Virus record (IMG/VR): IMGVR_UViG_3300049460_000121 | Location: 139,468 to 203,467 of that record | Length of the DNA stretch: 64,000 bases | Reading direction: 5' to 3' (one strand) | Source of the DNA: a virus | Lineage: Duplodnaviria > Heunggongvirae > Uroviricota > Caudoviricetes | In this document: piece by piece, positions 55,199 through 62,192 of the stretch | Numbering within the stretch: the first letter of the stretch is position 1 | How the letters are laid out: each line of letters opens with the position of its first letter | Notes under the pieces: generated by a model | What the model saw: only the letters and a program-made list of their open reading frames with translations | Told to the model about the DNA's origin: nothing | Databases searched by the model: none | Translations under genes and position numbers: made by a program

Positions 55199-55849
55199 AT
55201 GTTCATAAATTTCGATGATGATTCTTCATGGAAGTACAGAATCCTAGGTATCGATAACGGCACTAACACTGTCGGTATCGTTATCCTGGAACATGATATC
55301 CGTACGGGTATCAGTTTGGTCACACGCGCTGAGACGTTCAAGGCGGACCGCACGTCGGGTTACTTGTACCCTGACATGAATTTTTACGAGGATACGCTCA
55401 TAGCGCGCCTCAAGACGATTCAGCGGTATATGACGACGGTGCTCGAGGACGAAGATCCCGACTCTGTGGCTATTGAGACACCATTCGCCCGTCGTGCATT
55501 CGTGAATAGCTACAAAGTGTTATCCATGTCGCTCGATTATATCCAGACAGCTGTGTATGATTATCGACCTGGTCTCGAGTTCGTCGGGATTTCTCCTTAT
55601 ACAGCCAAGGCCGCTGTAATTCCGAAAGGGAGTAATTTCAAAACGGAGAAGGATTACATCCGTGACTGTATTCTTGCAGACCCCACGATTGTTGCAGCCG
55701 ATGGTATCAACTTGCGAACTCTTGACGAGCACTCCATTGATGCCATCTCTGTCGCTAGGGCCGTGGCTTTGCGAGAGAATCTGGGTCCACGTTTAAAGTG
55801 GTTCAGTTCGAAATACCCCGACGGCATAGATCTGATGAGAGCGGACTAA
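55199..55849 (+). CDS. ruvC: RuvC-like Holliday junction resolvase
   Basis: ILGIDNG, VAIETPF, KAAV, EHSIDAISVA catalytic acidic motifs. Confidence 0.85.
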   Translation: MFINFDDDSSWKYRILGIDNGTNTVGIVILEHDIRTGISLVTRAETFKADRTSGYLYPDMNFYEDTLIARLKTIQRYMTTVLEDEDPDSVAIETPFARRAFVNSYKVLSMSLDYIQTAVYDYRPGLEFVGISPYTAKAAVIPKGSNFKTEKDYIRDCILADPTIVAADGINLRTLDEHSIDAISVARAVALRENLGPRLKWFSSKYPDGIDLMRAD

Positions 55850-55878
55850 GCTCTCGCACGCAATAAGGGGTTTCCTGG

Positions 55879-56313
55879 ATGAAAATCGAAGATGCTTTAA
55901 ATTTGATGGGCAGGAACCCGGCGGTGGACTTCCCTTGGGAAGAAGCGTTGATTGGATTGGTCAACAGCTTCCTGAATGTGGATGCTCAGTTGGACCCCCG
56001 CACCGCAACGGCGATGGAAATTAAGTCGGCCCTGTCGACTTTGGACGCCGTGACGCAACAGATGGTTTTGGTTACATCTGTGGGAGGACAAGTATCCTTG
56101 ACGTCTGATCTGCCGGTACCTACTGCCGGTACGAAGACCGACAAGACGCGTCGACACTTCGCAGCGTTTATGGGTTTTGGTGGCACAGTCTGCATGGTTG
56201 CACTCATCCTGGCCAGTGGCGTAGGAAGTGGTGTTAACACGGAAGCAGTTGTGGAGATCACCAAATTGATCGTAGAGATCATGAAAATGCTTTCACCACT
56301 GCCAGCAACATAA
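55879..56313 (+). CDS. Holin-like membrane protein
   Basis: Soluble N-domain LIGLVN.FL....L...AT..EI..A...L resembles 3TM/GTA-type holins as recalled; C-terminal TM hairpin. Confidence 0.45.
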   Translation: MKIEDALNLMGRNPAVDFPWEEALIGLVNSFLNVDAQLDPRTATAMEIKSALSTLDAVTQQMVLVTSVGGQVSLTSDLPVPTAGTKTDKTRRHFAAFMGFGGTVCMVALILASGVGSGVNTEAVVEITKLIVEIMKMLSPLPAT

Positions 56314-56314
56314 G

Positions 56315-56358
56315 GCACAGACTACTCCTGGGTTCACCCCCAGGAGTAGTCTCTATGC
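56315..56358. terminator. Bidirectional hairpin terminator
   Basis: 14-bp stem AGACTACTCCTGGG/CCCAGGAGTAGTCT, followed by CTATGC. Confidence 0.78.
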
Positions 56359-56361
56359 TCT

Positions 56362-57006
56362 TTAGATCAACTCGTTGTCCGAGCGGAAGTATTTGGCGTA
56401 CAGCTTGCCAATACGATCGCGCAGTTCTGGATCCGACTTCTTTGCTTCCGGCGTGACGATGATGATCTCTTCGCACTCGAAAGGGATGTCTTCTGGACGG
56501 ATCTGAGTGCCAGGGGATACCTCAGCATCGATCTTGGTCCATGGCACCAACTCACCGGCCTTGTTGCGGAACATGTCCACTTCATAGACGATGTCCGTAG
56601 CAGTGGATGTCAGGTGGTGTGGAACGTTGTAACGGATCTTCTTGAGGCCCTGATCAGCCGCCATGCGGAACTGTTCGAACTGATCGCGGCAGGAGTCGTG
56701 TTCTACTTCTTTACGACCCAGTTCGCCACCATCAGTCTTGGAGCAGAACACATAGCCTGGCTCCTCGTTCACCAGCTGCGTCATACGGACGCGAGTGGAC
56801 ATACTCGCGGCATTCTTATCAGTCTTGGGGATGAAGCACCCCCACTGCTCTTGCAGCTCGTGAGAAGACGACTTCTCTACGACTTCGTCAGGATTCTTGA
56901 GCCGGACGTAGATTTCCACCTCGTACTCATGACCGGAGGCCTCGGTAGACACTTCGGTTTGTTCGAAGCGATGGAAAGCCAGCTGTTCGATTAAACAATC
57001 TTTCAT
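56362..57006 (-). CDS. CYTH-domain (triphosphate tunnel) protein
   Basis: E.E.E.Y start motif, RVR, K, R.EVE, KIRY, EVD.F, AEV; ATG 57006 with SD GGAG. Confidence 0.75.
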   Translation of the reverse strand: MKDCLIEQLAFHRFEQTEVSTEASGHEYEVEIYVRLKNPDEVVEKSSSHELQEQWGCFIPKTDKNAASMSTRVRMTQLVNEEPGYVFCSKTDGGELGRKEVEHDSCRDQFEQFRMAADQGLKKIRYNVPHHLTSTATDIVYEVDMFRNKAGELVPWTKIDAEVSPGTQIRPEDIPFECEEIIIVTPEAKKSDPELRDRIGKLYAKYFRSDNELI

Positions 57007-57021
57007 AGCCACTCCATAAAC

Positions 57022-57062
57022 AAAAAAAAGAAGGGTACCAGCGAGGCCCCTTGCGGGGCCTC
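57022..57062 (-). terminator. Terminator ending the RNAP-subunit block
   Basis: GAGGCCCC-GCAA-GGGGCCTC with a T8 tract 13 nt downstream. Confidence 0.6.
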
Positions 57063-57128
57063 TGTGGATTCGTCAGACGTGGGTGTAATCAGTTAGGGGT
57101 TAATGGGAGGGTCAAATGACTCGATCGA

Positions 57129-57144
57129 CACTTCGCAGGGTAGA
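57129..57144. repeat. Left arm of a perfect 16-bp long-range inverted repeat (CACTTCGCAGGGTAGA)
   Basis: Exact reverse complement of 62047-62062; lies in the loop of a 10-bp hairpin (57117-57155). Confidence 0.9.
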
Positions 57145-57160
57145 AGACCGAGTCACCAGT

Positions 57161-59089
57161 TTACTTGGCCGCAACCAAGATGAAGTTTTCTTTACGGACT
57201 GCGAACGGAATTACTTCCAGCACGGCACCGTCGTTGGTGTTGATGAAGACACGAGTAGCGCCTGGGCTAGGCGCCTTGTTGTCCAGTTTGTTGTACAGGC
57301 CACGAACGACATTGTTCAGACCCTGGTCGGCTTGCGCAGTGATGCTCGCACCGCCTTCCATGTTCAGCAATTGACGACCAACGCCCAGCAGATCCAAAGT
57401 GGAGTCCAGGCAAACGATCGCGGTGGAATCGAGGAACACTACGCACGGCAGATCGACATCAGGCTGTTCGGTAAACGCCGACAGATCGTCGCGAGCGGCG
57501 ATGGCGCAGGCCATTGGGATGATGTACGAAGTGCGTTGAGCAAAGTCGGAGGCAAAGCCTTCGCCCTTGGTGCTTTCCAGGTGCTTGATCAGCTTTTCCC
57601 AGTCGTTGGCGAACGACATGGCTTTCACCGAGTTGTGCTGGAATTGGAAACGCACGGCACGCAGAACCAGATCCGAGAAACGCTTGTTCAGCTCAGCCCA
57701 GATAGCCGGGTCGAACTCGGATTGCATATCACGCAGCGATTGAGCAGCAGCCGACAGGTTGTTGCTGCCGTAGATACGCTTGACCAGCTCTTCCTGCTCC
57801 CACGACGTTGCCATGATGGCAGTGTGGCGGTAGCACATGTTCAGACGCTGAGCTTCTTTACCTGGGAACATCTTCACACGGGTGTTGAACACCAGCGAGT
57901 TGATGGTTTCGCCCAGAGGTGCGCCAGCATCGCCCACGTCGAACTGATCAGCCGGCAGGTTGCCCAGGGCTTCTTGCAGGTTGGTCACAGACGGTTTGGC
58001 GTCGACAGCCTTCAGGTTGTCTTCACCTTCCACGGACTTGGTGCCGCTGAGGGAGATGCCAGGGGCCGAACGACGGGTCGACTGGTAGCGCTCAGGCTGC
58101 ATTTGACCTTCGTGTGCCAGGTAGCGGTTATCTTCGGTCACTTTCACAATCTCCTCACGGACTTTGCCGTCTGCATTCATTACGTGGTATTTGATTTCAG
58201 TACGGACGTCGTACAGTTTCGGCACGGAGGCCAGCGGGTTTTGGTAGTCGAACGGAATCTTCCAGCCCGACTTGGTAGCAACTTTCCAGTGCTCACCATC
58301 CTGAGTGAACTCGTCGAACGGACGAGCCTTGGTGTAGTCCGGACCTTCCAGCACTGGACGGGACTCAATCGGCGGATGGATCGGCGAATCAGCTACCAAT
58401 GCCTTGGCAGCGGAAGGACGACGTTCTTCACGCAGATCTTCCTCACGAGCGCCTTCAGCAGCATCGCGCGCAGCTTCTGCCCAATGGTCGCCAGCCGCCA
58501 CCTTGGTACGCGCTGCACGCTGATTGCGCCAGCCGCCACCACTGCTACCACCGCTGGTACGACCGAGGTTCTCAGTGCGGCCAGGACGTTCCTGACGGCC
58601 ACCACGGCTATAGCCAGAACCACCACGCTCATCACGACCACCCCGGCCGCCACGGCCACCATCGCGACCGCCGTCACGACCACGGTCACGGGAACCGCGA
58701 CCACGACCACCCAGGAGGTCCTTGTACAGCTTGACCATGTCTTCCATTTCACCGTAGGTACGGTTGTCCAGATCGTCAGCGGTACGACGGTTGGACAGAA
58801 CGCTGTTGGCGAAGTGGCCATCGACCACATCGGACACGGCTTTCGGCAGGAAGTCTTGCAGACGATCATCAGGACGAGCGTACTCGTCTTCAATGTTGCG
58901 GAAGTTGTCGAACATCGAGTCGATCAACGCCTCGAAGTCACGGTTGGCAAAGTTGTTCTTGCCCAGGATGTCAGCGTAACGCTCACGGAGCTCACTGGCG
59001 TCGCGCTCATCGGCGCGCTCTTCAATGTACTTCACTGCTTCGTCAGCAATACCATCCCAAAGGGCTTGTTCGTCGCGGGTCATAGCCAT
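57161..59089 (-). CDS. Phage protein with an internal RGG-rich disordered region
   Basis: 642 aa, SD GGAG, strongly biased codons; GGRGRG...GGRGGRGG segment. Confidence 0.8.
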   Translation of the reverse strand: MAMTRDEQALWDGIADEAVKYIEERADERDASELRERYADILGKNNFANRDFEALIDSMFDNFRNIEDEYARPDDRLQDFLPKAVSDVVDGHFANSVLSNRRTADDLDNRTYGEMEDMVKLYKDLLGGRGRGSRDRGRDGGRDGGRGGRGGRDERGGSGYSRGGRQERPGRTENLGRTSGGSSGGGWRNQRAARTKVAAGDHWAEAARDAAEGAREEDLREERRPSAAKALVADSPIHPPIESRPVLEGPDYTKARPFDEFTQDGEHWKVATKSGWKIPFDYQNPLASVPKLYDVRTEIKYHVMNADGKVREEIVKVTEDNRYLAHEGQMQPERYQSTRRSAPGISLSGTKSVEGEDNLKAVDAKPSVTNLQEALGNLPADQFDVGDAGAPLGETINSLVFNTRVKMFPGKEAQRLNMCYRHTAIMATSWEQEELVKRIYGSNNLSAAAQSLRDMQSEFDPAIWAELNKRFSDLVLRAVRFQFQHNSVKAMSFANDWEKLIKHLESTKGEGFASDFAQRTSYIIPMACAIAARDDLSAFTEQPDVDLPCVVFLDSTAIVCLDSTLDLLGVGRQLLNMEGGASITAQADQGLNNVVRGLYNKLDNKAPSPGATRVFINTNDGAVLEVIPFAVRKENFILVAAK

Positions 59090-59116
59090 CTTAGTTGCGC
59101 TCCAGTTTCAATTCGA

Positions 59117-60760
59117 TTAATTGCGGTGAATGTGTTCGCCGATGTACTCAACAACCGCACGCATGTGTGGTTTCGGGAGAAGAGTCATCTTCGCGTCTAG
59201 CCATGCAGTAGGGTTGATGGTATTCCGAGCCAGTGGGCTGTTACGGGGTAGCACCACGTAGTTGCCGCATTCCGCAGTAGATTCATGCAGGTGCGACATC
59301 GGATCGTGCACGTTCACATTTTGACTCTTGCCACTGGTGCCAGTGTGCGCTTGCATTACAAGACGGCTGGTTACCTTGAAGAACATGTTGTCACTCGGTG
59401 AGGAGACCGAGGAGACGTATGCCTTCGTAGCGGTGTTACGTAATTCATGGATCTTTTCAGGAATGAAATACTTACCGAGGAGTTTGTTGTAGTCTTCCTT
59501 GGTCAGCTTACGCTTACGGTTCTTGGTGATCTCGAACACGCAGCGGAAGATCTGTTCAAAGATATCCCGCAGTACGTAGTTGGCTGTCATCAGTCGCTTG
59601 CCGTACATACTCGCGATGTCAGTCCCTTTGCGCTGGATGATATCGTCCATGTTCTCTTGAATGTGAGCACACAGCTGATAGATGTCATCAAACATCAACC
59701 CTTCCTCATCCAGGAGGGTACGACGGACTTCAACGTCCACGTAATCGTCCAGGCTGTTCAGGTGAGAGTCAACGTTCTCCACCAGTTTGCCATAACCCAG
59801 CTGATCCCCGAAGAGGACATACGCCAGCCACAGCTTCCAGGTGAAGGGGTCGATCAGTTCCTTGCGTTCAGTAACTTCAGGGAAGTGGTCAACCATGTAG
59901 AAGAAACCTGCCGCCAGGCCTTCCACCAAGTGCGTCACCTGCTTCTTCTCGAATACCAGCACCACAGGGGATGCGTTCATCGAGTAGTTCAGGGTACGTT
60001 TCAATGTAGCGGGTGCAACTTTCCGACTGCGGATGAACGTGTACTTCTCCGGATCCATCGGGTTTTCAGCGAGTTCAGCTTCAGTCGTGATGTGCACTTC
60101 GGCATGACCAAACTTACGGAAGGTCTCTTCCGGGCCGTACTTACAGAACAGGTAATGAGGGATGGTCGTAATCACCCGCCCAACATGGATCACATCGCTG
60201 CCGTGTTTACGGTCGCGATTACCGGCTCTATGGTGCAGCTTGGAATGAACGACGTACTTGGAGACTTTCTCCCCGTTGATGTCGATCGTGTAAATGATCC
60301 GCTTGAAGTTGACAGGTGCGCGGTTCATTCGGATAAAGACGTAATCTTCACCCACCGAGAAACCCGGATCTGCGAGAACAGGGCTCAGCGCAAACTGTTT
60401 ACCCGCGATCTTGATGAACCCACCCTTCCGGACATAAGGAAGGAAGAAGTACCGATCCTTCAGCGGTAGACCTTCGAACGCAAACTCATACTTACAAAGC
60501 ACCACGTCACTTGGTGCTAAGTCCACCGACGACTCTCCCCGCCGCTTGATAGAGGCCATAACGAGGTAGGCCTCCTGTGGTGGACAGATAGACGACCCCA
60601 TGTACACGAAATCTTCAGGGAAGCTACGTTCGGCACACCCAATCAGGCGATCGACTTCGCCCTTAGCGTCTTGTAACCCGCTGTATGCCATCCCGTCCAG
60701 GATTCGTTGATCGAATACCGGTTTCCCCTCTTGCATTTCATCGAAAAGTTCAATGTCCAT
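59117..60760 (-). CDS. rpoB: Non-virion RNA polymerase beta subunit, N-terminal fragment (phiKZ gp123-like)
   Basis: 547 aa; FLPYV..GG.I.I.G..F.LSPVL (beta region A/B equivalent), H.S....G; location downstream of the major capsid gene. Confidence 0.82.
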   Translation of the reverse strand: MDIELFDEMQEGKPVFDQRILDGMAYSGLQDAKGEVDRLIGCAERSFPEDFVYMGSSICPPQEAYLVMASIKRRGESSVDLAPSDVVLCKYEFAFEGLPLKDRYFFLPYVRKGGFIKIAGKQFALSPVLADPGFSVGEDYVFIRMNRAPVNFKRIIYTIDINGEKVSKYVVHSKLHHRAGNRDRKHGSDVIHVGRVITTIPHYLFCKYGPEETFRKFGHAEVHITTEAELAENPMDPEKYTFIRSRKVAPATLKRTLNYSMNASPVVLVFEKKQVTHLVEGLAAGFFYMVDHFPEVTERKELIDPFTWKLWLAYVLFGDQLGYGKLVENVDSHLNSLDDYVDVEVRRTLLDEEGLMFDDIYQLCAHIQENMDDIIQRKGTDIASMYGKRLMTANYVLRDIFEQIFRCVFEITKNRKRKLTKEDYNKLLGKYFIPEKIHELRNTATKAYVSSVSSPSDNMFFKVTSRLVMQAHTGTSGKSQNVNVHDPMSHLHESTAECGNYVVLPRNSPLARNTINPTAWLDAKMTLLPKPHMRAVVEYIGEHIHRN

Positions 60761-60783
60761 CCGCGAGATCCTGCGATTATTAC

Positions 60784-62004
60784 CTAAGCCAGTTTAAGTC
60801 GACTCAACCCTAAAAACGTACCAAGGATTGCCAAGCCCCCGGTAAGGACCTTGATCCATTCGTACGTATTTCGTATCTCGTCCCGTGCTACATCTTGTAG
60901 TGCCTTATCACGCTCCCGCTCGTACTTCTCCCTTGCGAGTGCGGCATCCTGATCTAACTTCTCGCGCTCTCGCTGCCACTTCTCACGTTGGAATGCGAAT
61001 TCTTCATCATTCTTTTCACGCTCCCGGTTGTATTTGGTATCGCTGCTCTCGCGATCCCGTTCGGCATTGGCTGCATCTATGTCACGCTTTAGTAGCGTGT
61101 TCTGAATGTCTGTTTCTTTGATGCGCATTTGAAGCTCGGCAATCCTGGCTTCAGACTGAAGTTTCAGATCACCCATGGCCCTAGCCTCATCCACTGTGTC
61201 CGCTACCCCAAAGCGCTTAGCGGCTTCTTGGAAGGTTAGCATCTCACGGATGTACCGCTTGTCAGGTTCTACTTTGTTGTTTATTTCATCGGCTGACCGA
61301 TTGCGGGTGATGATGAACCCGCAGTGTGGCGAACCAGGCTTGTGTTGCACCGGCACATGGTAGACTTGGTCACCGATGTACAGGTATTTGTCTTTGTAGC
61401 GTAGGTGGGTGGAGTTGTCGATTGCCTCAATGGCATAAATCAGCGCGTCAGCGCCACAGTTGTTGATGAGTTTGACGGACTGATCGTTACCGCGTTCAAA
61501 GCGGTTCATTGGGCTGTCGGGATGCTCGGTCTCAATACGAGTCACGAACATAAGAAGAATATCTAAATCGGGTTGATAGATAGCGTCGTTACGCGAACGC
61601 AGCAACTCTTCATCTATAAAGATACGCATAGATGGTGAAGAATTACTAGGATTGCGCAGAAACATATAGATTGCCTCTGCCGCGTTGCGACAGAACTCGT
61701 TGACGGCGCCATAGCGCTCGTACTGATTCATTAAGGTCCGGAGTTGTTCCTGCCCAGCATTCCAGACCACCTCGATACAAATTACACCTTCGACCTTGCC
61801 CCGCCCCTGCTTGATTTCAACCAGAGTACCCAGACGGTCTTTGACGTACACTGACCGCCCCGTTAGGTTGGTGATGGTGTATGTTAGCCCGTAGTTGAGG
61901 TACTGGTTGGTAATCTTGATGGGTCCAGCGTTTTCGTTGTTGCGGAAAACGATCCCAGACCTACCGCTGCTGAGGGCCTGCCGTTTGGAGAGTCCCATAT
62001 CCAT
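60784..62004 (-). CDS. Protein with a charged coiled coil and a C-terminal hydrophobic anchor
   Basis: 406 aa, SD AAGGTG; E/R/K-rich helix then WIKVLTGGLAILGTFLGL. Confidence 0.75.
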   Translation of the reverse strand: MDMGLSKRQALSSGRSGIVFRNNENAGPIKITNQYLNYGLTYTITNLTGRSVYVKDRLGTLVEIKQGRGKVEGVICIEVVWNAGQEQLRTLMNQYERYGAVNEFCRNAAEAIYMFLRNPSNSSPSMRIFIDEELLRSRNDAIYQPDLDILLMFVTRIETEHPDSPMNRFERGNDQSVKLINNCGADALIYAIEAIDNSTHLRYKDKYLYIGDQVYHVPVQHKPGSPHCGFIITRNRSADEINNKVEPDKRYIREMLTFQEAAKRFGVADTVDEARAMGDLKLQSEARIAELQMRIKETDIQNTLLKRDIDAANAERDRESSDTKYNREREKNDEEFAFQREKWQREREKLDQDAALAREKYERERDKALQDVARDEIRNTYEWIKVLTGGLAILGTFLGLSRLKLA

Positions 62005-62046
62005 AGTTAGTTGACCACCTTAAAGAATTACATCGAGTTCATTGAA

Positions 62047-62062
62047 TCTACCCTGCGAAGTG
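62047..62062. repeat. Right arm of the 16-bp inverted repeat (TCTACCCTGCGAAGTG)
   Basis: Located in the 5' leader of the 62004 gene. Confidence 0.9.
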
Positions 62063-62090
62063 ATAATGTATTGCTATAAAAGCATAGACA

Positions 62091-62128
62091 GCATAAAGCC
62101 CCTGGGAATGAACCCAGGGGCTTTATGC
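62091..62128 (-). terminator. Terminator after the major capsid gene
   Basis: Perfect 16-bp stem GCATAAAGCCCCTGGG/CCCAGGGGCTTTATGC. Confidence 0.8.
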
Positions 62129-62192
62129 ATTTGACACTTAGGCAGCCAGAGGCAGCGGCACCGTTCCAAGCATCTGGACAGGTGCAACTACT

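Noticed and set aside
24918-60781. Shared 11-mer AATAATCGCAG upstream of the spike and nvRNAP genes
   Set aside because: About one or two such matches are expected by chance within intergenic DNA.
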